Below are positions 11,201-19,878 of a DNA stretch of 40,414 bases, piece after piece. The DNA comes from Chrysochromulina tobinii (taxonomy: Eukaryota), in the NCBI GenBank assembly GCA_001275005.1, contig JWZX01002443.1, positions 1-40,414 of the forward strand, given 5' to 3'. Position numbers and translations under genes: made by a program. Numbering within the stretch: position 1 is the first letter of the stretch; each line of letters starts with the position of its first letter. The notes under the pieces are model-generated. The model had not been told where the DNA came from, did not search any database, and worked only from the letters and a program-made list of their open reading frames with translations.

Positions 11201-14200
11201 CTTCCTTTCAAGGTGGGTGACGAACCACCGAGAATGGCACACGCAATCGGCACGCATTGCGCAAAGACGTCCAACCGCCGCCCACTGAGTGCGTCGACGA
11301 TGGACGAGTGTTGCGTCCGCAACGAGTGTTCCCAGCGCTGCCGCAAGGTCTCAAACGTAGCGCAGCCCATCTCCCGTGGTGTAGCGTTGAACGGGGTCAA
11401 GGAGAGGCTCACCTCGCGACCGGAGCGGCACAGCTGCAGCTTGTGCACCCAATTGAATGTGCACAGCTCGGCCTCTCCGGGCGGCTGCAAGACGTCGGCA
11501 TCCTTCCACTCCCCACCGTGGTACACCACGAGCGCCGCGCCCGTCTCGTACCGTCGCAAGCCGATCGCGCCACTGTCAGCCAGCTCAGCCGCGCATTCGG
11601 CCTCCAACGCGCACAGCGGGCTGGCCAAGGCAGCTTCGAGATAGGCGGCGCCACTCGACAGAGATGGGGCTACACTTGTGCTCGAGGTGTCGAACACCGC
11701 GAGGATCGAACGCATCTGATCACGGTACGTCCCCTCGATAAGCTGTTTGCCACAAGCCGTGCGCATGCGCTGCGGGAGCTTCATGAACTCGGATCGCGCC
11801 TCTTTGGTACGATGGCGCGCTTGGTAGACCTGCTCAAGTGCGCGATCAAGCAGCTCGCGCAGCCATGCCGAGCTCACCTTGTGCTGCTGCGAGCGCATCT
11901 GCTCGACTATTCGCTCGACACTCGCATCTAGCTCACGATGGTCTATCGTAGATTCCGTGCCGGTGAGCACGCCAGCGGGAGGCCCAGGAAGCAAGGAAGT
12001 CAGCCCACGCATCGTTCGCAGTGCCGCCCCGTCACCTTTCGCGTGTTTGATGACTGCCGCAAGACGGCTGGTCGGCGCAGGAGGTTGCCCTTTTGAAACC
12101 GTGCCCGGCGCCCAGTTACCCAAACCCGCAGTACGGTCGGCCGGCATCGGCCGCCACGGAAGCACGCGCTGGCTGCAGTTGTCAAAGCTGCAGCGTGGAC
12201 CCGCGCCCGTCGCCACCAGCAACTCGGAGGTGGGCGCGTCGAGCAGAGAGCGCTCTGGACGACTCTCCAAGTCCAAGTCGACCCCGTCCAAGTGCGTCAC
12301 TGCGAACTGCGTCTGACCTTCACCGCCTCGAAGTCGGCCGTCCGCATCGAGCAGCATCAAAAGGGGCTGGCCGGAAGCGAGCTGAAGCCCGTGGGCAGGC
12401 CCAGCCACCCCCTCGGCGCGTGTGATGAGGCGTGGCGGTGGGCGAGCGAGGCTCGCACGAATGGACACCGCGCACCGCCGTGCTATCCACCACGCGAGCC
12501 GCTTCTGTGCCACGGAGAGGTTGACGAAGTGCATCGAGGCTAGAGTGCGCTCGAGTAAGGGCATCAGGAAGTGGCACGAGTGCGTGTCCGCTTCGACGAC
12601 CGTTGCCTTGGGGACGCCACGCGACGCCGCACGTTCAGATTCGACACAGCGAGAGACGAGAGCGCTGGCTTGCTTCACAATAGTGCTCGCCAGCCGCAGA
12701 GCGAGCTGCGCGTGCGCTGGCCAGGAGGCCGGTGGCTCGCGTGTGCCCATCTGAGACAGCTCAGGCGGAAGCCCCGATACTGGAGCCAGAAACGCATCCG
12801 CAATGACAAGGGCCTCTCGCAAGCGTTCGTGCACCTCTTCGCGCTCGGCCACGCGTCTCAGTGAAGGGGATAGCTCAGTGTCGGCGGCCAGCGTCTGGCA
12901 GAGGTCACTTACGTGTGTGCACCGAACCAACGCAGCGTGCCACCGCGCCGCTGCTTGCATCGAGAGCCCGAACACAAGCGAGAGGCTTGCTGGGTCGAGA
13001 GCCCTCGCTTCTTCCAGCGTCAGCGGCAGAGGCAGCGTCTCCACGAAGATGCTCGAGATGAGCGCCGCAGCATCGTCGAATGGATTGGCTGCTCGCTCCG
13101 CCGGCGCTTCCAGAAGCCACAGGGATCCGTGTACATCCAAGATCACGTTGGCTGCGTGCAGGTTGGCGTGCTGGTGCGTCTGCAGCGGCCTCCACTTGGA
13201 CAGCCATGGCGGCGCCCACGGGCGCTGCGTGGAATGGTCACCGAGGGCGTGCGCTTTGAAACCGTGCGCACTCGTGGATGAGGGCGTGGACGATGAGTGG
13301 AAGGGAGATGACAGCGCTGGCTGTGATCCACGCTGCGCTGGGCCTCCGCTGCCTCCGCGCTGCGTAGCCACAGCCGCGAGGGATCCGTTGCCTGAAGCCG
13401 CCACAGGGCGCGAGCTGGCGCGACCAATATCCCGCGGCGTCAGCCCACCCGGCACGCCAGCCGCAGATTGACGCCCACCCCTCGGCGTTGCTTGGGCGCT
13501 CTTGTCGCATCCGTGGCCCCGTTCGGCCCCTCGAGGCGTTGCACAGGCAGCCTTGGGGACTTCGAGCTGCGTGGGAAAGGGCTCACCATCCGGACTGCTG
13601 CTGTGGCGCAGCGCGTGGCGGAGCGCTAGGTCAAAGTCCCACAGCAGCGAGCGCAGCAGCGTCATCGCGACCACCGCTTCGCAACCAGTGGCGGCCTGGA
13701 AGCGCTCCACTTTGTCCCGCTGCACGCTATCCAGGTCGCTCATCGGCACGTGGCTCATCGGGGCGTAGATCGATCGCATCTCCTTCTCCCACTTCTGCAA
13801 CACTGATGGCGATGTCGGCGACGGTGGTGGCGGCAACAGCAGCGATGGATGGGCAACCGGCGAAGGGGGCATCTCTGCGCTGCCATTGGGGGCGCCACCA
13901 GCGTCAGGCCTATTGGATTGCAAGCAGCTATGGAGAAATCTCATGAGCTCGACCAGTGGAGAGACGTCGAGGCTTTCCAGCTCCTCCAAGACCCAAGAGC
14001 TTGGCTGGTTCGAGCTACCCCGAGATCCGCTACGAGGAGTGGCGGCGCCACGGGGTGTCTTCGACTCGCCGCCGACGCAAGCGGTGCTGATCGCTGGAGA
14101 CGACGGCATGAAGGGCACTGCCGGCGCTGCGGCTTGCGAACTGCTGGCGCTGGCACTTGTGTTCGCCCTGGAGACATTACACACCGCAGCCAATACGAGA

Positions 14201-15936
14201 CTGTTCACGAAGCGTTGCTGACGCCCCATCCCGCCTGTCGGCTCCTCGGCGGGCAGGATGCCATCCGTGGTCAGCTCTCGCAAGCAGCCGAGCAGAGTAG
14301 CGGATGGCGTGTAGCTAGCAGCACGAGCAAGGTCTTCGTGCACTGGAGCGCGCGGCACAAACGCGTCGGCACACAGCGAGGCCACCGAAGCGAGCGATCG
14401 GCGCACCCAGCCGTGCCGAGCATCGTCCGCGGGTCGCTCGTCACGCGTTGCTGTGCGCATTGCGAGGGTGCACAGCGGTCCGCCCGGCCCCCATAGGTTG
14501 CGCACTACGGAGGTGGCGTCGTCGGCAGGCGCAGAGGCGCCACTGCTGAGAAGCTTGCTTAGATGATCGTGGAATGTGTAGAAGAGGTGGTTACAGAAGA
14601 GGGGCCCACTGCCGCCATCGGCATTGAAGTTGGGAAGCACCCAGCACGCGCCCGCCAGCTCGAACACGATAGCTCCCAGCGCCCCTCCCACGGGATCTCC
14701 TCCCAAGGCGGCCCCTCCCACTGAGTCCGTCTCGTCTTTGCCAGCTGCGAGCGCACCCGCAGCACTCAGCGCGACACCACGCGCGTCGACGTAGAGCGGC
14801 CCGCGCAGCAACTGCAGCGTGTGCTCCGACCCCAACATCTGAGAATGTGACTGAGTGCGCTCGGCCTCCCGGGCGGCCTCAGCTGCAGCCTCGATCTTAG
14901 TGATCGTCGGATCTTGCCGCCGGCCGTGCGCGTCGTAACCCTCTGTGCGAAGCAGGAGCGTCCCGCTCGAGAGGACACCACGCTCGCTCAGCGGTGCGAT
15001 CACGACGCGGGAGCAGCCTGCAAATAGCGACTCGATGAGCCGCTCGTGTGCACGCCGCAGCTCAAGCCCGGCATGCAACACGAGCGTCACCTGCGGCGGG
15101 GCAGCGGCGGTAGACGCAAGGGCAGCAGCGTCGACTGCAACGTTGCCAGCCGCTGCAGGAGCCACGCCCTCTCTCGTGCTCGCGTCGGCACCTGCGCCGA
15201 GCGCGACAGCAGCTGCTGACCTATCGGCGGGCGGCTCGGGATTGGATGCGATGGCAGTCGCGGGAAGCGGCAGCGTGGGTGGCGGTGGATCGACGGCGAT
15301 GCATAGCGGCGCGCTCATCAGCCCTGAAGCATGCGCATCGAATGTGGGCACATGCAGCGGCTCCACTGGCGCCAGGTCCGAATGCGGTGGGGTCGGACAC
15401 TGAACACGCAAAGCAAGGGGCGCCATTGCCGTTCGCTCTTCTGTCGCAACGACCGAGGCTGCGGACGCATCCTTCTCTGCAAGGGGGAGAACGAGAGCGC
15501 CATCGCCATCGCTGTTACCGCCAACTAACTCGCGAGCTGCTGCCGGATCAGCGACGGAGAGCGAGATGGCCAGCAGAAAATCGGAATCGCTCTCCGAATC
15601 TGCTGGCAGCACAGGAGCATCAGCAGCTCGTTTGGTGCTCAGGGGCTCCTCCTCTGAATCAGACAAAGTGGCCGGGCTTTCTGTGCTGCGATGGGGTGCT
15701 GGCCTGGCCTCTTTGATGGGCGACGGTGACGGCGCCCTCTGGCGCCGAGTGGGTGGCGCTGTTGCTGCTGCTGCCGTGGCTGTGGCTGTGGCTGTGGGCA
15801 TCCGCCGTTGCCCCGCCGCCGCTGGGCAGGCAGTGCGCCTCGAGTTTGGCCGGCTACCACCAGCTGGATCTGCATTGGACGATGGTGGTATTCGCAGCGG
15901 CGGCGTGGACGATGGTGATCGCCGGGACCTCGACAT
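8290..15936 (-). CDS. NLR-like STAND protein: UIM-like, degenerate kinase-like (split by a UBA-like insert), NACHT, LRR, C3HC4 RING (2548 aa)
   Basis: Uninterrupted ORF. Walker A LLTGPPAAGKT (~10586-10609), Walker B LVILDGIDE (~10336-10363), LVTSRP, GNPLMLSMI, winged-helix FSHLSFQEFFAA (~9293-9330), RI-type LRRs (LRQLDLSKNAL, LAGLELQMNGL, VTFVDLRFNAL), RING CPVC...PCRHSICKKC...CPMCR (~8396-8530). Start codon is uncertain because the N-terminus is low complexity. Confidence 0.88.
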   Translation of the reverse strand: MSRSRRSPSSTPPLRIPPSSNADPAGGSRPNSRRTACPAAAGQRRMPTATATATAAAATAPPTRRQRAPSPSPIKEARPAPHRSTESPATLSDSEEEPLSTKRAADAPVLPADSESDSDFLLAISLSVADPAAARELVGGNSDGDGALVLPLAEKDASAASVVATEERTAMAPLALRVQCPTPPHSDLAPVEPLHVPTFDAHASGLMSAPLCIAVDPPPPTLPLPATAIASNPEPPADRSAAAVALGAGADASTREGVAPAAAGNVAVDAAALASTAAAPPQVTLVLHAGLELRRAHERLIESLFAGCSRVVIAPLSERGVLSSGTLLLRTEGYDAHGRRQDPTITKIEAAAEAAREAERTQSHSQMLGSEHTLQLLRGPLYVDARGVALSAAGALAAGKDETDSVGGAALGGDPVGGALGAIVFELAGACWVLPNFNADGGSGPLFCNHLFYTFHDHLSKLLSSGASAPADDATSVVRNLWGPGGPLCTLAMRTATRDERPADDARHGWVRRSLASVASLCADAFVPRAPVHEDLARAASYTPSATLLGCLRELTTDGILPAEEPTGGMGRQQRFVNSLVLAAVCNVSRANTSASASSSQAAAPAVPFMPSSPAISTACVGGESKTPRGAATPRSGSRGSSNQPSSWVLEELESLDVSPLVELMRFLHSCLQSNRPDAGGAPNGSAEMPPSPVAHPSLLLPPPPSPTSPSVLQKWEKEMRSIYAPMSHVPMSDLDSVQRDKVERFQAATGCEAVVAMTLLRSLLWDFDLALRHALRHSSSPDGEPFPTQLEVPKAACATPRGAERGHGCDKSAQATPRGGRQSAAGVPGGLTPRDIGRASSRPVAASGNGSLAAVATQRGGSGGPAQRGSQPALSSPFHSSSTPSSTSAHGFKAHALGDHSTQRPWAPPWLSKWRPLQTHQHANLHAANVILDVHGSLWLLEAPAERAANPFDDAAALISSIFVETLPLPLTLEEARALDPASLSLVFGLSMQAAARWHAALVRCTHVSDLCQTLAADTELSPSLRRVAEREEVHERLREALVIADAFLAPVSGLPPELSQMGTREPPASWPAHAQLALRLASTIVKQASALVSRCVESERAASRGVPKATVVEADTHSCHFLMPLLERTLASMHFVNLSVAQKRLAWWIARRCAVSIRASLARPPPRLITRAEGVAGPAHGLQLASGQPLLMLLDADGRLRGGEGQTQFAVTHLDGVDLDLESRPERSLLDAPTSELLVATGAGPRCSFDNCSQRVLPWRPMPADRTAGLGNWAPGTVSKGQPPAPTSRLAAVIKHAKGDGAALRTMRGLTSLLPGPPAGVLTGTESTIDHRELDASVERIVEQMRSQQHKVSSAWLRELLDRALEQVYQARHRTKEARSEFMKLPQRMRTACGKQLIEGTYRDQMRSILAVFDTSSTSVAPSLSSGAAYLEAALASPLCALEAECAAELADSGAIGLRRYETGAALVVYHGGEWKDADVLQPPGEAELCTFNWVHKLQLCRSGREVSLSLTPFNATPREMGCATFETLRQRWEHSLRTQHSSIVDALSGRRLDVFAQCVPIACAILGGSSPTLKGSVPAAPPAASAPTGSGPAIRERVMVAFANCPHVATTSTQPFPAPHACTETCRRRLEEIGVHPIEKRTRWRWVRHTWPSNLEPGVWELLGESAAAAEDDSGNCSRAAGATSTKAGTTNKNDGQERGEPNRNDAGELGPGLGPGLAAAVEEDGVDDVVSLAASSDVAALGAWLHRAYTRRLAQPGARDDAGRERSSVLLTGPPAAGKTCLTSQLVMHMLQRPDSLIPVPIKVQQLQRRLLMEEHRSVFGRMWNWVDAYLLITHGAGSERYLFLRQALMARRALVILDGIDEGGRARREIERHVTEVLAPQGHVMLVTSRPAGFNWSIFERGFHAMVLRPLSDHQQRQVIEQRIGDRARAEELWQYVCERVLVDDETGERTTGNPLMLSMIISAYEARHAPHAAQAPPSLENGSSAVRTAMPPLAAMPATIAELYQTASSAMLSRVDLRERGAAASAAAIAQLTALLEATAFQAHAAERRIITEEHLLSAAVGLASPERLAAITRPSYDGGAQVGHYVQVLRGAHGGAYGLILNEDATELPFNVLIDLPGGGTRSAWIARDDVQSTGLWGKEAFERQYGASARSAALHCAVAELPEAMQDALRAVRERCMQDRLPLVSLLQADPFEMQFSHLSFQEFFAARATCARTYRLPPSAAEPWRWPVWWANTLRLGAEMGADFASGMLEGSRVVNGRLNLHGAIGGHRPTAMRAVVELCCVAPSVALGQNSLTREEVRAMAMALQRNMLLRQLDLSKNALKDEGGAVVLQALSTGGAPALESLRLVACGLGSQSARGLATCVRACTKLAGLELQMNGLTSYGRDYDGVLALAAALGESTSVTFVDLRFNALDQRCFEALGRAGQLSTAGGQEQVVGLDENFRPIVTTIDELTDAVSTLPQCPVCLLKISGLILHPCRHSICKKCLDGWMARSTSSMPPCPMCRAPISGWHECEAGERGAGDALLDESAGRGAGLRVVV

Positions 15937-16142
15937 CGGTTTCCGTCGTGGGCCAGGCTCGGGCGTCCAGCTCCTTGATGCCCTCTACTAGTAGTCGCGC
16001 AGGCTCCTCTCTTTTCCGCGAGAGTGTGAATCAAGGAGTGAACATGTGAATGGAAACTCGCCCGCAGCTGTCGTTAGGATAACACGTTCATGAATCCTTG
16101 GCATCCTCTGACGAACCGCCCACCACGGCGCTCACGGCAAAA

Positions 16143-17449
16143 ATGGCGTCACGGACACGGCCCATACGCTTCCGAACAACGTTCCGCAACACCATCTACG
16201 ACCTCTTCAAGTCGAAAGGATGGACCGAGACCGAGAGCGACACTGACTGGGATGTGGCATGGGTCGACAAGGACTGGATCCGAGAAAACTTTTTGCAGCA
16301 GACGCTTGCCGACCACCAGCGCATCAATCACTTCCCAAACCATTATGAACTCACACGCAAGGACAACCTCATCAAGAATCTCAAACGCACGCAGCGCGCA
16401 CTCCAGCGCGAGGGTCTGGTCGACGAGGCGGCCCGGTATGATTTCTTCCCCGGCACGTGGTTACTGCCGGCCGACTATGGCCTCTTTGTCGAAGAGTTCA
16501 AGAACTACCCTTCCGGCACGATCTGGATCATGAAGCCCACCGGCAGTGCGCAGGGCAAGGGCATCTTCCTCTTCACCCGGCTGCAGCAGATCAATGACTG
16601 GAAGAAGGACAGCGGCTGGAAGACCGACGCCGCTCAGGCCGCATCGTACGTTGTGCAGCGATACATTGAGAATCCGCAGCTCATCGGCGGCAAAAAGTTC
16701 GATCTGCGGCTCTACGTGCTCGTCACGTCTTACAACCCGCTCACGGTCTACATCTACCGCTCAGGCTTCGCGCGCTTCTCATCGTACCGTTACAATACGA
16801 CTAAAGCCAACCTGAGCGACACGTATGTTCACCTGACAAACGTGGCGGTACAGAAAACGGGCCCTGGCTTCGATGCGGGTGCGGGGTCCAAGTGGCCACT
16901 GCGCAACTATCGCCTGTTCCTCGTAGGCAAGTACGGGCATCAGGCGACAGACCGCATGTTCCTCGACGTTGAAGAACTCTGTGTGAACACGCTACTCTCT
17001 GTGCAGAAGGTGATGATCTCGGACGTCATCTGGCTGATTGCCTCCCTCATCTGTCTGATTGCCTCCCTCATCAGGTGATGATCTCGGACAAGCACTGCTT
17101 CGAGATGTACGGCTACGACATCCTGATCGACGAGACGCTCAAGCCGTGGCTGATTGAGGTGAACGCGTCGCCTTCCATCACCGCGGACACCATCCAGGAC
17201 TACGACCTCAAGTTTGGGCTGCTCGAGGACGTGTACAGCGTCGTCGATGTGGAGCAAAAGCTCGGCCACGGTGTGGATGGGCGGCCGCTCGAGCCAACCG
17301 TCGGTGGCTTCGACCTGATCTACCACGGCGAGAAGGTTCGGCCCGATCGCCAGGCGACGTACACGTCTAAGCTAGGTTGCTTTGACCCGGCCGATCGGCA
17401 ACGAGGCTTGAGAAAGCTGTGGGCCAGTGTTGGTGCGACCGGCAAGTGA
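16143..17449 (+). CDS. TTLL9: Tubulin polyglutamylase, TTLL9-like (413 aa; exons 16143-17009 and 17075-17449)
   Basis: TTL motifs INHFPNHYELTRKDNLIKNLKR, WIMKP...AQGKGIFLF, YVVQRYIENP.LIGGKKFDLRLYVLVTSY, HLTNVAVQK, CFEMYGYDILID..LKPWLIEVNASPS, VGGFDLI. Removing the GT-AG intron 17010-17074 restores VQK|VMISDKHCFE. Confidence 0.9.
17008..17089 (+). mobile_element. Introner-like 65-nt intron (17010-17074) flanked by a 17-bp direct duplication
   Basis: AGGTGATGATCTCGGAC occurs at 17008-17024 and 17073-17089. The interior is two copies of a 21-bp unit TCATCTG(G/T)CTGATTGCCTCCC followed by TCATCAG. Confidence 0.7.
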
Positions 17450-18407
17450 TCGCACGAATGAGTCCGGAGTCCGGAGGCCCGCGGGGCGCGGGCCACGCAA
17501 CAAGCCGTGTGCGTGCTTAGCGTGTGTGGCATAGGCCACAGCACACGGCAGGAGTCGCGCCGAGTCACGGTGCAGGAGCGTGTGTTCTCGGGGCCCGGCA
17601 TCGCAATAATGTTGATCTCGCGACGTGGAGCGGCGCGGGCGCGCGGAGTGCCGAGTGCCGGATTCAGGCCGGAGAGCGACGAACGCGACGGACCGACGAC
17701 GCGGACCGGATGGACGGCGGGAAGTACACGCAAGTGTACGGCGCGGACGCCGGGGGCTGCTTGAGGCGGGACAGGCGAAGCAACCGAACCCCAACAGGGG
17801 CCGTCACCTTCGCCACTCCGCCACTCCGCGGCGACTACCAGCATCTGTACCGCTGCCTGCTCTGGCTACACGGCACTAACACGGTACACATGCGATGAAC
17901 GCATGTAGCTACAACCTACATAGATCGCACGTCCTACAAGCTTGTCAGCTAACGTCGATAACCTGTTAATCTCAGGTTATAATATATATATATTATATAA
18001 AGAGAAAAGACGTGCTAATACCTCCGCGCCCGCGGCCCGGACGGGACGCACCGCATAGACCCGAACTTGTAGTTTTGAACTTATCGCTTTCGCCTTTCGA
18101 TAGGCGCAGCGGCCGCGGGGAACCAGGGTCCTGGGTCCATAGATAGGTCCCCAACCGGGAGGCGATGAAAAGCGGACTCACACTCACACCTCTTTAACAC
18201 CTCGTCGTATCTTCGGTATGATTCGTTTGTCGAATTCGTTTGTACAGCCTCGCCACGTGCCTTCCGCCTTCTTGCTTCTCGCTTCTGTTCCCCTTCTATA
18301 GTTCTCCTCTCGCGCTCAGACTCGAGTCACCACCTCTCGCTATCTCTCGAACTTTCCAAGTCTCCATCATCTCTGCTCTCGCCCTCGCGCGTCGCTCCTT
18401 ATTTGCT

Positions 18408-19688
18408 CTACATGTACGGCGGACTCCCGGATCGAGCTCTTTCCGGTTTGAAGCCCGCCTCGATCATTTTGAGCATTGGACGCTGATCGATCTGCATCAA
18501 TTGGAGCTGTTTTTGGCGATCCTCTAGGCCTGCGCGGATGTCATTCTCGTCGAGCTTGCCTGATGCGTCTGAGTCCAGGGCCTCAAACAGCTTGACGAAC
18601 ATGTCAACGTCCTCCTGCTTGACAGCGTCGAGCATCGTGAGCATACCTATCACGAACTCGAACTGGTTCACGCCGTCTCCGTCCTTGTCGAGGCTCATCA
18701 TCAGGTCCACGTCGAGCGAGCCCTTAACCATGTCCATCTTGCGGAGCGCCTCCTGTCGGGCCTTGCTGAGCTCGCTCACGTCGCGTACGCTGGCGGCCAG
18801 AATCGACACCGAGATGGCGATGTGGAAGAAGGCCCACATGCGGCCCCCGTCACTTGCGATCTTCACATCGCCTAAGCCCACAGTCGTCATAGTCACGCAA
18901 CAGTGGTAAATGGCGCTCCCAAAGTCCCAGCCTTCAATGGCGCAAAAGACCTGGGCGAACAAGCACTGGATGGCCACGATACAGATGAACGGCGCAATAA
19001 GGTTCTTAGAATAGTAGTAGAGTGGCTTCCGTGGCACTTTGAAGTCCTCGGTGCCGTCGCCGTCGATGTCGACACCCGATTGCGGGAACCAGCGCTCAAG
19101 AGCCGCACGAGACGAAATGTACATCGGCTTGATGCCCTTGGCAACCAGTGCAGAGAGCTTGGCAAACACGACGATGATACCGAAGAAGATGTACACGAGA
19201 GTGAACATGCGGCTCCCCGGGACGCTTGGGTCCGGATATAGGTCGCCGTAGCCCACTGTGGCTGCGGTCACCATCAAAAAGTAGAGGCTCTGCCAAATAT
19301 TCCAGCCCTGCAGACTCATGTAGAAGGCAGATCCCGTGCCAAAGTAGATGCAGCACCACAGTAAGCAAGCGGCGATTTCTTTCCCCAAGGCATGCATCGT
19401 TTGTCGTGGCGGCCCTAGGGTATTAAGCTCTAGGCTTGGCTGTGGTGGCACAGGCGCCACGAGCGCTGCTGGCGGCATCACAGGACGCGGCGCCCGTGCT
19501 CGTGCGGCCGAGGTCATAGCCACTGGCGATGAAGCTTGGACTTCATGCTCATCTTGTGGCGGTTCCGGAGGCCATTCGTGCTGTTTGTCCAGCCATAGCA
19601 CTTGCACTCTTTGTGCCGCAGGTGCCTTCTCAGGGGCGCTGCGCGTAGAGCGAGGCGCCGCCATCGCCAGAGACGGTGCGTCGACCAT
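18408..19688 (-). CDS. Two-pore-domain K+ channel (TPK/K2P-like) with C-terminal EF hands
   Basis: Pore loops SLYFLMVTAATVGYGDLYP and AIYHCCVTMTTVGLGDV, four hydrophobic helices, EF-like loops LDKDGDGVNQFEF and LDSDASGKLDENDI. Confidence 0.9.
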   Translation of the reverse strand: MVDAPSLAMAAPRSTRSAPEKAPAAQRVQVLWLDKQHEWPPEPPQDEHEVQASSPVAMTSAARARAPRPVMPPAALVAPVPPQPSLELNTLGPPRQTMHALGKEIAACLLWCCIYFGTGSAFYMSLQGWNIWQSLYFLMVTAATVGYGDLYPDPSVPGSRMFTLVYIFFGIIVVFAKLSALVAKGIKPMYISSRAALERWFPQSGVDIDGDGTEDFKVPRKPLYYYSKNLIAPFICIVAIQCLFAQVFCAIEGWDFGSAIYHCCVTMTTVGLGDVKIASDGGRMWAFFHIAISVSILAASVRDVSELSKARQEALRKMDMVKGSLDVDLMMSLDKDGDGVNQFEFVIGMLTMLDAVKQEDVDMFVKLFEALDSDASGKLDENDIRAGLEDRQKQLQLMQIDQRPMLKMIEAGFKPERARSGSPPYM

Positions 19689-19802
19689 TCAGAGGGCTTC
19701 CTTGACCGGCGATGACAGCTCATCCATCAAAAACCGAGGTTGCAAAAACCCGTTCTGCACTTTCGCGAAGGACTTTCGGGAATTTGAAAGCATTGCACAT
19801 GC

Positions 19803-19878
19803 AGTTCAGTTCAGTTCAGTTTCAGTTCAGTTCAGTGCCTGCAACATGCCATGGGTGCAGCAACGAAGGTGATTGCGC
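19803..19878. repeat. (GTTCA)n microsatellite abutting a dispersed repeat, copy 1
   Basis: 19835-19878 (GTGCCTGCAACATGCCATGGGTGCAGCAACGAAGGTGATTGCGC) is identical to 40371-40414. The element probably extends further right. Confidence 0.85.

Noticed and set aside
17010..17078. Hydrophobic C-terminus VIWLIASLICLIASLIR of ORF 16098-17078 as a membrane anchor
   Set aside because: It is read-through into the 65-nt intron; the TTL domain continues in the next exon.
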